This document shows, in pieces, positions 13,222-25,037 of a stretch of DNA of 64,000 nt. The position numbers and the translations under genes were made by a program. The DNA is from Eledone cirrhosa (Eukaryota), in contig OZ024741.1 in the NCBI GenBank assembly GCA_964016885.1, positions 271,746,001 to 271,810,000 on the forward strand. The letters are read 5' to 3'. Below the pieces are notes generated by a model. It saw nothing but the letters and a program-made list of their open reading frames with translations. It was not told where the DNA came from and did no database searches. Numbering within the stretch: position 1 is the stretch's first letter; each line of letters opens with the position of its first letter.

Positions 13222-13492
13222 ATAATATATAAGATCAAAAGATGGTTAAAGGAGTTCCATGTATTTTATTATGCGCATTTCAAAAACAAACATCATCATG
13301 CAATAATATTTGTGTTTTCATCAGATTGATTTAAAACTGCACTATTCACAAGTGTTTTTTAGCCTTCATATCATGTCCTCCTGTTTTATCTGATGAAAAC
13401 ACAAATATTATTGCATGATGATGTTTGTTTTTGAAATGCGCATAATAAAATACATGGAACTCCTTTAACCATCTTTTGATCTTATATATTAT
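13222..13492. repeat. Perfect 105-bp inverted repeat (61-nt spacer) between (TA)n tracts, Penelope pseudo-LTR-like
   Basis: 13222-13326 is the exact reverse complement of 13388-13492. Confidence 0.92.
13384..13450 (+). ncRNA. Minimal type I hammerhead ribozyme motif
   Basis: Stem I UUUUAU/AUAAAA, core CUGAUGA (13390-13396), long AU-rich stem II, GAAA (13433-13436), palindromic stem III AUGCGCAU, cleavage triplet AUA (cut after 13444). Confidence 0.75.
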
Positions 13493-13578
13493 GTATACTC
13501 CAGTCCTACAAACTGTAGAGTGCTTCTTATCCAATATCTGCATTGCTTTATTGTACTACAATAAAACTCACCTCCTAC

Positions 13579-13658
<80 letters not shown>

Positions 13659-13679
13659 AACACATACATATATATATCA

Positions 13680-14016
13680 TATCATCATCATCATTTTACG
13701 TCCACTTTTCCCTGCTTGCAAGAATGGGATGGGAACTGATTCTGGCTTGATTTCTACAGCTGGATGCCCTTCCTAACACCAACCTCATTTACAGTGAGTG
13801 CTGGGTGCTTTTTTGCCATGGCACCCCCACCACCACTTTGCAGTGGAATTATAGGGACCCCAGTCCCTATCATCTCATTTCTACAGCTGAGTAAACTGGA
13901 GCAATCTGAAATAAAGTGTCTTGCTCAAGGAAACAACACATCACCCGGTCTGAGAATTGAACTCACAACCTTTCAATTGCAAGGCCAATGCTCTAACCAC
14001 TAAGCCATGTGCCTCC
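13680..14016 (-). mobile_element. tRNA-derived SINE family B (CORE-like middle, RTE-derived 3' tail); representative copy
   Basis: GGAGGCACATGGCTTAGTGGTTAGAGC (A box), GAGTTCAATTC (B box), TCCTTGAGCAAGACACTTT, AGGAAGGGCATCCAGCTGTAGAAA, (ATG)n tail. Other copies at about 22575-22921(-), 25920-26368(+), 39696-40030(+), 54952-55291(-). Confidence 0.88.
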
Positions 14017-14202
14017 TATATATATATATATATCATCATCATCATCATTTTACGTCCGCTTTTCCCTGTTTGCAAGGGTGGGGCGGGTCTTATTAAGCAC
14101 AGCATTTGTTACGGTCCTTTGTCCTCTCCTCAGTGAGTTTCAGCGATCTGAGTCTGCTCTCACCACTTCCGCCCATACATATATATATATACATATGTAC
14201 AT

Positions 14203-14240
<38 letters not shown>

Positions 14241-14667
14241 ATTATATATGCATGTTTGAGTGCGAGTATGTGTGTGTATGTTTGTACACATATGTATAAA
14301 TATATGTGTATATATATATATATATATATAGTGTGTGTGTGTGTATATATACATTTATTTATTATTAGCACATTAAAAGTTTAAGCAAACAATTTCTGCT
14401 TTCACCCTTATACTTTATTTATATATATCTATGTATATATATCATCATCATCATCATCCTCGTTTAACGTCCACTTTCCACGCTAGCATGGGTTAGATAA
14501 TAATATATGTATATGTATATAATATATGCAAATTACAAAGAAAGAGAGTATTTATACATACTATATAGTGTTTTTATTATATACATAGCATCTACGTGTG
14601 TGAATATGTATGTGTGTGTGCATTCATTTGTGTGTATGTACATGCTGTGGAATAGTTTTACCACCTC

Positions 14668-14919
14668 TTAATTACCATTAACACAGTTAGTAGTAGTAGT
14701 AGTAGTGGTTATAGTTGGTGTACTACTACTACTACTATTACTAGCAGCAGTAGTGAAGGTGTTGGCAGTGGTTTCTTCCACAAAGGTGGCAACATCGACG
14801 GCAGGTGTAGCTGACATGACATAGGGTGGGGGTGGCATCAGTTCTGATGACTGTGACATGGATACCAGCTCCGACAAAGGGATTTTGATGGCATCTTCAT
14901 AGCTGGGGGGTAGGAGCAT
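14668..14919 (-). CDS. LAPTM4: LAPTM4-family lysosomal-associated transmembrane protein, exon 7 (last)
   Basis: ttttcag|ATG: MLLPPSYEDAIK...MPPPPYVMSA...NCVNGN*. Two PY motifs typical of LAPTM4 C-termini; phase 0. Confidence 0.92.
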   Translation of the reverse strand: MLLPPSYEDAIKIPLSELVSMSQSSELMPPPPYVMSATPAVDVATFVEETTANTFTTAASNSSSSSTPTITTTTTTTNCVNGN

Positions 14920-15234
14920 CTGAAAAAGAACAACAACAAAAATAAACATTTGCTTCATCATCATCGTTTTTCGTCCATTTCTCCACGCTGGCATGAGTTG
15001 TCCTGTTGTGGGCAATGTTAAGTCAGGTGACCATGTCTTGCCCATACAGAACTGATTTTGACTTGCTTTCTACAGATGGATGCCCTTCCTAACGCCAACC
15101 TCATTTACAGCGAGTACTGGATGCTTTTTGTCATGACACCTACATAACCACTTTACAGTGTGGGCTGGGTGCTTTTTATCGTGAGACCTACATGACTACT
15201 TTACAGTGTGGGCTGGGTGCTTTTTGTCATGACA

Positions 15235-15294
<60 letters not shown>

Positions 15295-15419
15295 TATTAT
15301 CATCATCATTTTAATGTCCGCTTTCCCTGCTAGCAAGAGTTGGACTGGTCTACATAGACTAAGTCAGTACTGAAATGAGGCTACTGACCTCCTAGAAGAT
15401 TGTAACTCACCCATTTTGG

Positions 15420-15960
15420 GAGTCTTGTTGATAGGTGTATGTTCTTTCTTTGCTCCTGCTCACTATGTATGGCCTCATAACGCTCTCCAATGTCTCTTTA
15501 TAGTCATCAGCATTGGCCCTTAAGCCCTTGTTGCTTATGACTCCCAGAACCATCAAAGTTGCCAGAAACTTGTGTGCATGACAGTTGGAACATCTTTAGA
15601 GTCTCTGTATAACCATGTGTCATTCCTTCATTTGACATTTTGGCCCTGATCAAACTTTTTCTCATCAGAAAAAAAAACATTCCAAGTTCTTGATGTTTCA
15701 ACTTGCTCAATACAGATGGTTATCTTTTGTCTTTGCAGACATGAACTGACCTCTCTGCTTTACATATAACTTGTATTGAAGGTGCTCATGCACAATACTT
15801 CCAATAGTGTGCCTTGAAACCTTCAGCTCCTTAGCAATAATGCTCATTGATTTTCAGGGATTCTTATCTATAATTTTTGATATCTTTACCAGCCTTATAA
15901 CTCACTGTCACCTTGAGATTATGTTAAGCGTACACATCTCTGTGGAATACTCAGCCACTT
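15420..15960 (-). mobile_element. Degraded Tc1/mariner-superfamily transposase remnant in LAPTM4 intron 6
   Basis: Frameshifted FFSDEKKFDQ and VLGVISNKG-like segments on the reverse strand. Confidence 0.5.
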
Positions 15961-16151
15961 ACATGTTAACTTCATGAGCATGCTGTTCTGGTCATCAAAC
16001 AACTGGAATTATAGATCTACAAAATGAGAACTAATCAAAAATACACAACAACAATAGACTACCACATATAACATCTGGTGAGAAAATCTACCATTTTTAC
16101 TAATAATACTGAAATATCTAACAAATTAATTAGCAAATAAATGAAGCTTAC

Positions 16152-16253
16152 CTCAGAGTCAGGGTCCACTCTGTATTCTCTAATAAGGTTCCTTCTTGTA
16201 GACACAAGCTGAGCATACTTATAGCAAGCCCATATAACTCCCAAAGAATAAGC
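16152..16253 (-). CDS. LAPTM4: LAPTM4-family gene, exon 6
   Basis: tttcag|AYSLGVIWACYKYAQLVSTRRNLIREYRVDPDSE|gtaag; 102 nt, phase 0/0; W.CYKY motif. Confidence 0.93.
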
Positions 16254-16849
16254 CTGAAAAAAATAATTCAGATACATGACAACCTCCCTCGTATTGGTGA
16301 TCTACATAAACAACACACTACATGCTGTACAGTGTTTGGTGATAGGAAGGGCATCCAGCTATAGAAAATATGCCAAATAAAGGGTTGGGAGGACCCTTCA
16401 ATTGTGTCAAGGACACGACAACCACCCTAGCACTGATCTACATAAACAGACCCAATATACACTGTGAAGTGGTTGGTAATAGGAAGGGACCTAGCTGTAG
16501 AAAGCTTGCTAAAGAAAGGGTTGGGAGAACCTTTGAGTTGTGTCAAAGACAAGACAACCTGCTTAATTTGGTGAGCTACACGATAAACGCACCCAATACT
16601 CACTATAATGTGGTTGGTGATAGGAAGAGCATCCATACATAGAAAGCTTACCAATGAGAGACCTTTAGTGAAACCTAGCATTTGGAGCAAATGCGTGGGC
16701 TCTCTAATTGCGAACTGTTCACGTTTGAAGGTTTTAATTCCATACACATACAATCAGCAAAACAAATGAACAACAATAAAAATTAATCAGATCTATCACT
16801 GATTTGGTTCAGTCAACTGAACAGCTGTCATACAGGGACAAAGCCTTAA

Positions 16850-17108
16850 AGAGTTTCAGTTATCATATTGGGGCCAGTTCTTATTGTCTGGCCACTTCCG
16901 CTTTTCACCGGTCGCCATTGACACCTCAGGCATACTTGGACCCCGTACTGCCGAGCTCCTCCACAAGATCAGAATGTCAGCAGCCCATCTGAGGAAGGAG
17001 CCCTGCAAGGTGGAGTGGCTGCTGCAGTGGGTGTCACTGGCCATTGTCTACGGAAATGATTTTGCAGTCTTGTCCACAGGGTGCAGCCCCAACACTGCCA
17101 TGCTCTAG
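16850..17108 (+). mobile_element. C-terminal restriction-like endonuclease remnant of a CRE-like non-LTR retrotransposon
   Basis: FSPVAIDTSGILG...EWLLQWVSLAIVYGNDFAVL matches the F.P.A.ET.G...WL.QRLSLA..RGNA..VL pattern. Confidence 0.65.
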
Positions 17109-17329
17109 GCCTAGAGCCCATCACTCTCCCTTTTCCCCTCCATTCTTCTGTGACCCTAGTGAAATTGCAGAATAATAGGACTCTAAATTAGTAAAGAAAA
17201 TATAGTAGTACGTAATATTTTCTTTACTAATTTAGAGTCCTATTACTCTGCAAGTTCACCATCGTTTGGCTACAGATTGACAGACAGATAGGAGAAAGAG
17301 AAAAGTGTTTGCTATTTTAGTAAACTTAC

Positions 17330-17425
17330 CCTGAAAAGCAGAGCTACACCAATGATGATGACAATAAACACCATCTGTAGATCACTGTTTAACGCCAATA
17401 AACGTTGAATGCAAGGAAAACTCTC
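17330..17425 (-). CDS. LAPTM4: LAPTM4-family gene, exon 5
   Basis: ctcag|ESFPCIQRLLALNSDLQMVFIVIIIGVALLFR|gtaag; 96 nt, phase 0/0; hydrophobic TM4. Confidence 0.9.
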
Positions 17426-18042
17426 CTGAGGAAGAAAAAGAAAACAGGAACATAATTACAAAGAGAAAGTCCTGGGAAAATCTGGGACAAGAAGATAATG
17501 GCCATGTGGTTAATGATTCATTTTGCAACCATATGGTTTCAGGTTCAGTCACACTGCTGAACATCTTTTGGCAAGTGTTTCATATTATATAGGCTTAGAT
17601 TAACCCATTAGCATTTATATTACTCTATATTTACTATTATATTTTCATGGTAAAGGCCTTATCTTACATAATATCTCACATAGCATTTACATTACTTTAT
17701 ATTTACTATCATATTTTCATGGTAAAGGTTTTATCTTACATATTATCTCATATAATATCAAATCTATGAGATTTTGATATTATTTATGTTGAGAACAATA
17801 CTTTAATGTCAGTATGAGCAGCTGATTACAGCCGGTTTAAACAGAAATAGATGAGAGAATTCTGGCCAGATACAGCCAGTTTAAATGCTAAAGTGTTTAC
17901 TAATGCCTTGTGAATGAAATTTGGTAGCTGGAACCTATGTTATGATCATCATAATCACACAGAAACACACATACCAGCATCGTATATACACCCACATACA
18001 CACACACAGAAACACATACACACACAGACAGATACACATAGA

Positions 18043-18074
<32 letters not shown>

Positions 18075-18230
18075 GACAGAAACACACAGATACACACATA
18101 TAGACAGACACACACATATAGACAGTCACACACATACACAGAAACACACATATAGACAGTCACACACACACACAGATACACACAGACACACACACATAAA
18201 CACATACCAGCATCAATCAATGTTACTTAC

Positions 18231-18359
18231 CAGTCCTTGTGCCAAGAGCCAGAGTTTAATGTTGGGTGTAAAGAAAGAAGATCCTACAATAGTCAGACAG
18301 GTCAGACAGAAATCAAACACCTGAAGACCAAAGAAAGGAATCAGGTAACCTGGTCGGTT
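18231..18359 (-). CDS. LAPTM4: LAPTM4-family gene, exon 4
   Basis: ttttacag|NRPGYLIPFFGLQVFDFCLTCLTIVGSSFFTPNIKLWLLAQGL|gtaag; 129 nt; LIPFF..Q.FDF signature. Confidence 0.95.
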
Positions 18360-18696
18360 CTGTAAAAGACAACACACAGAAATGGTAAAGTGTATATATT
18401 TATCTACAAAATGGTGAAGTGTCTATATATATCTACAAAATGGTAAAGTGTACATATTTATCCAGATAATGGTAAAGTGTATATATTTATCTACAAAATA
18501 GTAAAGATCATAATTTTATGTTAGGATCATTGTTAAGTTATGTTCTAAACATTTGGACCTTTGTTAAGTTATATTCTAAACAACTTAATAACGAGAAACT
18601 TATATTACTACATCCCTCCAAACTCTTGATTATTTTCAAAATTATTTGAAAAATTGTAAACTGTGCTATGTACATACATATTTATACACTAATATA

Positions 18697-19052
18697 TTAG
18701 GTTGAGGAAAAAGTTTGTGTGCCGTGTTAGGACGGTGTGGAAGTTCTGCCGCATCCAGCCTATAGTCCGGACGTTGCTCCATCTGACCGGTCTCTTCCGG
18801 TCAATACAGCACTTTATGAAAGGTCGCCGATTTGAGTCATTCGATGAAGTTGAAGAAGCCTGTCAAGAATTTTTCGATTCAAAGCCAAAGGATTAGTACC
18901 TTGACCAAATCCGAAAGTTTGCAGGTCGGTGGCAGAAGGTCGTGGACAATGATGGTCTTTATTTTGAAGAATAGTTGTTGTTGCTTTTGAATAAATTCTT
19001 GCATAAAAAATTATTATTTTAACACGGCGCACAAACTTTTTCCTCAACCTAG
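18697..19052 (+). mobile_element. Mariner-derived MITE (internally deleted) in LAPTM4 intron 3
   Basis: About 32-bp TIRs (TAGGTTGAGGAAAAAGTTTGTG..CCGTGTTA) and TA target duplications. Internal transposase C-terminus PHPAYSPDVAPSD...RWQKVVDNDGLYFEE. Confidence 0.92.
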
Positions 19053-19289
19053 TATATACTGAAATATATACAGTGTTGTATACACTGAGATATATATATA
19101 CTGTACTGTATACACTGTGATATATACACTGAAATATAAACAGTGTTATATACACTGAGATATATACACTGTAATATATAGGGCTATTAAGTTAGACATG
19201 GTCTGGGCCATTACTGACCGAAAGTTATCAAAGTTATACACTGTGAGAGAATGACAGAGGAAAACAATAAAGGGGGTGGGGTTAAATAC

Positions 19290-19366
19290 CTTAACGGCAC
19301 CATAGATTAGGAGAACACACAATGTTGTAGAGCAGAGAGTGATGGCATAGACAACGCACAGATCTT
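19290..19366 (-). CDS. LAPTM4: LAPTM4-family gene, exon 3
   Basis: ttttccag|(E)DLCVVYAITLCSTTLCVLLIYGAVK|gtatt; 77 nt, phase 1/0; TM2 with YGA motif. Confidence 0.93.
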
Positions 19367-20445
19367 CTGGAAAAGATAAAAGGATCTTCATAAATATTAT
19401 CATATTGTATAGACACACATACTCTCACAACCAAACACACATGCACACACACACAGCCAAACGCACAAACATCCAAACACACATGTACACATACACATTC
19501 AAACATACACACAACCAAACACATATTTCCGTCTAACCCATACTAGCGTGGAAGATGGACATTAAACGATGATGATGATGATATGCACACACACATACAC
19601 ATCCAAATGCACACACATCCAAACACACTCACGGACCAACCATACACACATACACATCCAAATGCACACATACACATCCAAACGCTCACATACACATCCA
19701 AATGCACAGACATCCAAACACACAGAAACCAAATACACAGAAACCAAATACACACAGGTACATCCAAACACACACACAATCAAACACACACACAATCAAA
19801 CACACACAATCAAACTCACACAGACCAAGTACACACCCACTCACAACCAAACCACACACACATAACCAAAGCTTGATACATAACCACTTGAATTACAGGT
19901 GGTGTAACTCATTTTTGTCCAGCTAAGTGGACTGGAGCATCATCCTCATCACCATTGAATGTTCATTTTCCATGCTTTCATGGGTAAGATGGGTCATCCA
20001 AGTCATGAGACAAGTCTGGTCAGTTGACCGTGCCATGCCATACCATTCTCACAGCGGAACCATAGTTTGGAAGCCACAACCACATTTACAGTATGGAACT
20101 GGATGGTACTATTCTGAGGAAGGACAAGACAGTTGGCCACCCCTACTCTGCCCTGCTCACAGCGGAACTATAGTTTGGGAGCCAGATGGTCCCACTATAA
20201 GGCAGGTCTGGCCAGTTGGCCGCACCAAGCCTTACACATAGTGGAAAGTCTGGCTGGATGGCCACACCGTAACATGAAATAAAATCTTATGTTCAAATAT
20301 AGAACACACTGGCAGGAATCAAACCCACAACGTTACAGTCGTGAGCGAAACAGCTTAACCACTAAAGCCACACATATTCACATTCACCAAAGCTGCACAA
20401 TGGGACTAAACAACAATAATAACAATTGAATATTCAAGAAGTCAC

Positions 20446-20617
20446 CTAAGCTCCATATTGGATCAAACAGTCTAGTCTTGTAGGTTTTCCAACTGGTCTG
20501 ATCATCTTTCAGTACATATTTATCAATCTCAATTGGAGAAGATGGTCGGAAAGCCTTAAGTAGCTCAGGATGTACAGTGGCAATAACCAGGTGGCATATG
20601 ACAATAAGATGGGCAAG
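20446..20617 (-). CDS. LAPTM4: LAPTM4-family gene, exon 2
   Basis: ctctttcag|LAHLIVICHLVIATVHPELLKAF...FDPIWSL+G|gtgac; 172 nt, phase 0/1, compatible with exons 1 and 3. Confidence 0.88.
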
Positions 20618-21291
20618 CTGAAAGAGAAAACAGCAATAATAGAAGAGAAATAAGGAATATCATCATCATCATTGTTTAACCTTTTAGCATTCAAACCAGA
20701 CATATCTGGCCAGAATTCTCTCACCTCTTTCAGTTCAAACGCACTGAAACCAGCCACTCATACTGATGTTAAGGTATTGTTCTCAAAATAAATAATTGTT
20801 TCTACTTTTGGTACAAGGCCAGCAATTACCCAGTTCATTACTGGTACTTTATTTTATCGACCCGGTAAGGATGAAAGGCAAAGTTAACCTCAACAGGATT
20901 TGAACTCAGACCGTAAAGGGACGTAACTATGCTGGAAAGCATGGCGTCCGACCCTCTACCGATACTGCCAATTCACCGCCCTCAAAATAAATAATAACAT
21001 CATCAGAGTGTAAAGGGCCATAACTCTATGCCGCAAAGCATATTGTCCGATGTTCTACCGATATTGCCAATCCACCACCCAGCAGCCTGTACTACTACTA
21101 ATAATAATAATAATTAGGCCAATACATACAGACAGGGAGATCATACCCAACCAACCAGATAATGTAATGAAAGAACACAAAGAAAAGTGCCTTTCAGTTG
21201 ACATCAATCCTCAAAAATTACAATATATCTATCAAGGAAATTGAGAAATCCAAATATAAAGATCTGGAGATAGATAGAAATAACCTAAATA

Positions 21292-22090
21292 TGGGCAAGT
21301 ATTATTTACCACAGGGCGGTGGATTGGCATTATCGGTAGAGGGTCGGACGCCATGCTTTCCAGCATAGTTACGTCCCTTTACGATCTGAGTTCAAATCCC
21401 GCCGAGGTTGACTTTGCCTTTCATCCTTACGGGGTCGATAAAATAAAGTACCAGTAATGCACTGGGTAATTGCTGGCCTTGTGCCTAAAGTAGAAACAAT
21501 TATTTACCATAGCCTCGGATTGACCCATGTCTTGGGCAACTGTTATTTACCATAGCCTCAAGTTGACCCATACCATGGGCAAGTGTTATTTACCATAGCC
21601 TCAGATTGACCCATACCCTGGGCAAGTGTTATTTACCATAGCCTCAAGTTGACCCATACCTTAGGCAAGTGTTATTTACCATAGCCTCAAGTTGACCCAT
21701 ACCTTGGGCAAGTGTTATTTACCATAGCCTCGGATTGACCCATGTCTTGGGCAAGTGTTATTTACCATAGCCTTAAGTTAACCCATACCTTGGGCAAGTG
21801 TTATTTACCATAGCCTCAAATTGACCCATGCCTTGAGCAAGTGTTATTTACCATAGTTTCAGATTGACCCATGTCATGGGCAAGTGTTATTTACCATAGT
21901 TTCAGATTGACCCATACCTTGGGCAAGTGTTATTTACCATAGCCTCGGATTGACCCATACCTTGGGCAAGTGTTATTTACCATAGCCTCAAGTTAACCCA
22001 TACCTTGGGCAGGTGTTATTTACCATAGCCACAGATCGACCCATACCTTGCGCAAGTGTTGTTTTTCATAGCCTCAGGTCAACCCATACT
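21292..22090. repeat. About 43-bp minisatellite (CCTTGGGCAAGTGTTATTTACCATAGCCTCAAGTTGACCCATA, about 14 units) interrupted by a SINE A copy
   Basis: Direct tandem repeat. The SINE at about 21318-21498 is flanked by ATTATTTACCA(C/T)AG on both sides. Confidence 0.9.
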
Positions 22091-22099
22091 TTCTACTGA

Positions 22100-22575
22100 C
22101 ATTCTACCAATCCACGACCCTACGGTATATATATATTAACGTACACCCCAGGGTATATATATAGTAACATACTGTCTACTAAAGCTCTACCAACCCACCA
22201 CCCCAGGGTATATATATATATATTAACAGTCTACTAAAGCTCTACCAACCCACCACCCCAGGGTATATATATATTAACATAGTCTACTAAAGCTCTACCA
22301 ACCCACCACCCCAGGGTATATATATATTAACATAGTCTACTAAAGCTCTACCAACCCACCACCCCAGGGTATATATATATTAACATAGTCTACTAAAGCT
22401 CTACCAACCCACCACCCCAGGGTATATATATAGTAACATAATCTACTAAAGCTCTACCAAACCAGGGTATATATATATTAACATAGTCTACTAAAGCTCT
22501 ACTACCCACCACCCCAGAGTATATTTATAGTAACATAATCTACTGATACTCTACCAACCCACCACCCCAGGATAT
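22100..22575. repeat. About 55-bp minisatellite (AGTCTACTAAAGCTCTACCAACCCACCACCCCAGGGTATATATATATTAACAT, about 8 units)
   Basis: Direct tandem repeat. A further unit is split between 22941-22951 and 25038-25060. Confidence 0.9.
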
Positions 22576-22951
22576 ATCATCATCATCATCATCATTTTAC
22601 GTCCGCTTTTCCCTACTTGCAAGAGTGTGACGGGAACTGATTCTGGCTTGATTTCTACAGCTGGATGCCCTTCCTACTAACACCAGCCCCATTTACAGTG
22701 AGTGCTGGGTGCTTTTTTTCCGTGGCACCTCCACGACCACTTTGCAGTGGAATGATAGGGACCCCAGTCCCTATCATCTCATTTCTACAGCTGAGTAAAC
22801 TGGAGCAATGTGAAATAAAATGTCTTGCTCAAGGAAACAACACATCACCCGGTCTGAGAATTGAACTTACAACCTTTCGATTGTAAGGCCAATGCTCTAA
22901 CCACTAAGCCATGTGCCTCCATATACATATATATATATATATATATTAACA

Positions 22952-25037
22952 CTAGCAGTGGTACCCAGCGTTGCATGGGATAATGTATTTTGGAACGCGG
23001 GCCTCCAACAGACCTAATCGTGGAAAAACTGCATGCCTGAACAATATGTAAAGAAAATAAACCGAATACTCTGATGGCTGGATAATCTAAGATTTTCCTC
23101 AATGAATCAGGAAAAAGGCAGGTATTCACCTAATGTGGGCCCTAGGGGATCAAGAAAATGAATTCTTTTTATGTGCATAATATGCCTTGAAATTTCGGGA
23201 AAATCGGCTAGACGTAACGCCTCAAAAAAGCCCTAAAAAGCTGAAAAAAACGAAGTTTTTCACCTAATGCGGGCCCTAGGGGATCAAAAAGTTTAATTTT
23301 TTTAATGTGCATAACACTCCCTGAAATATAAGTAATACACATGTAAAGTTTGAAGAAGATCGGTTGGGTACTTCTCGGGTTTCACACACATACACACATA
23401 CATCCTTCCTCAGTTTTATATATATACATATCATCATCAACGTTTAACGTCCGTGTTCCACGCTTGCATGGGTTTGGACGGGGGTTTTCCCACTTAAGGC
23501 AAGAGTGATTGTCTTGCTCGCATAGGACTGTCTGGCGGGTTTTCTACAGCTGGATGCCCTTCCTAACACTAACCACATTTACAGTGTGGGGCTGGGAGGT
23601 TTTTACCGTGTTGCCTACACGACCACATTACAGCGTGGACTGTCTGGCGGGTTTTCTACAGCTGGATGCCCTTCCTAACACCAACCACATTTACAGTGCG
23701 GGGCTGGGAGGTTTTTACCGTGTTGCCTACACGGCCACATTACAGCGTGGACTGTGTGTTTTTTTGTCGTGACACCTACACGATTTCATTTGTTTCGGCC
23801 TGGATGTTGTGGTACCAACATAACTTTACATTGAAAGAGGCAGTGTGGATGTGGTGGGGGTGGTGGGACGGGGGTGTATTTTGTTAGAGATGCCTACTGA
23901 CTGTAGTAGGTTTTACTTTGTATTTAGGTAAGGCGGGTCTTCTCTATTACTGAGTACCGCCAAAGGTCTCGGTCCAGTGACATTGTCTTGGAGAGGTGTA
24001 AGTGTGTGAGGTCGGAATTTATCAGCTCGTCCCAGGTTTTTCTGGGTCTGCCTACTCCATGGCTACCGTCTATCTTTATTGCCCTGCACTTTGTTATACA
24101 GCTATCGTCTTTCATGCGCATCACGTGACCATACCAACGTAGCCTTCTCTCGAGTAAACAACATCTGATCCCTCTTATTTCTAATTTTTTCCTTAGTTCG
24201 TTTATGCTTTGCCGTTCACGTATATTACTATTACACATCCAGCGGAGCATGCAAGCTTCGTTCCTCTCTAGTCTGCGTATATCCTCTGCACACAATGCCC
24301 AGGTCTCACTGCCATGCAACATTGCTGTTCGTATGCAGGCATCATACAACCTGCCTTTCATCTTTAGGGAGAACCCTTTAGCGGCTAATAGTGGCATAAG
24401 CTCTCTGAACTTTTTCCATCCAGTTCTGACTCTAGCTACTGAACTTTCAGAGCACCCTCTCCCACTGCTGATTTTGTCACCCAGGTAACGGAAGCTGTCC
24501 ACTATTTCTATAGAACCCTCTGCGCAGTTGAAAGAGCTAGTATTTTGTGGGCACTTGCTGCTACTTATTGTACCAGAGCACCGGCCACATGTAAAATAGA
24601 TTAAAATAACAGATTAAAGTTTAAGCAAAGAATCGTTGCTTTCACCCTTAATGGGATCTTCTGAAACTAAAATCATCAATCTGTGAACGCAGAAGTAAAT
24701 ATTTCGAAAAACGTTGTAACCGAAGGAAAACAGGAAGACGATACTTTGGTTCGTGAAGACGTTCCCTAGCAATGAATGGAAAATAGCGAACATAATACGT
24801 CATCAATGTTTGTCATAATGTCGTAATGCAGACAGCCAGACATACAGAGCGCGACGGAGATGGATAACCGGCGCCTAACACACCTTTAACAACAGAAAAT
24901 TGAAAAATAAAAGCTGCAGTTAATATATAAATGCAAGTTTGAAGTCAATCGGAGTAGAAATGTGGATTTGTATAGACTTTGCAAAAATGAAGACATACAC
25001 ACACATACACAGACAACATCAGTTTTATATATATAGA
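22952..25037 (-). mobile_element. Composite non-autonomous Helitron-like element containing an RTE LINE fragment
   Basis: Minus-strand 5' TCTATATATATAAAACTG at 25037, 3' hairpin (CCCATGCAACGCTGGG) and CTAG at 22952. The flanks rejoin as ATTAACA|TAGTCTACTAAAGC, an intact unit of the host minisatellite (A|T target, no TSD). Confidence 0.75.
23430..24595 (-). mobile_element. 5'-truncated RTE LINE (C-terminal 192-aa ORF + 3' UTR + (ATG)n tail)
   Basis: DSFRYLGD...GWKKFREL...LHGSETW...[10 protein letters not shown]...GRPRKTW. A shorter copy of the same 3' end lies at 45928-46362(-). Confidence 0.92.

Noticed and set aside
21500-22575. Regularly spaced repeats as a CRISPR array (also 26873-27570)
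   Set aside because: Units are contiguous with no unique spacers, there are no cas genes, and the context is a eukaryotic intron.
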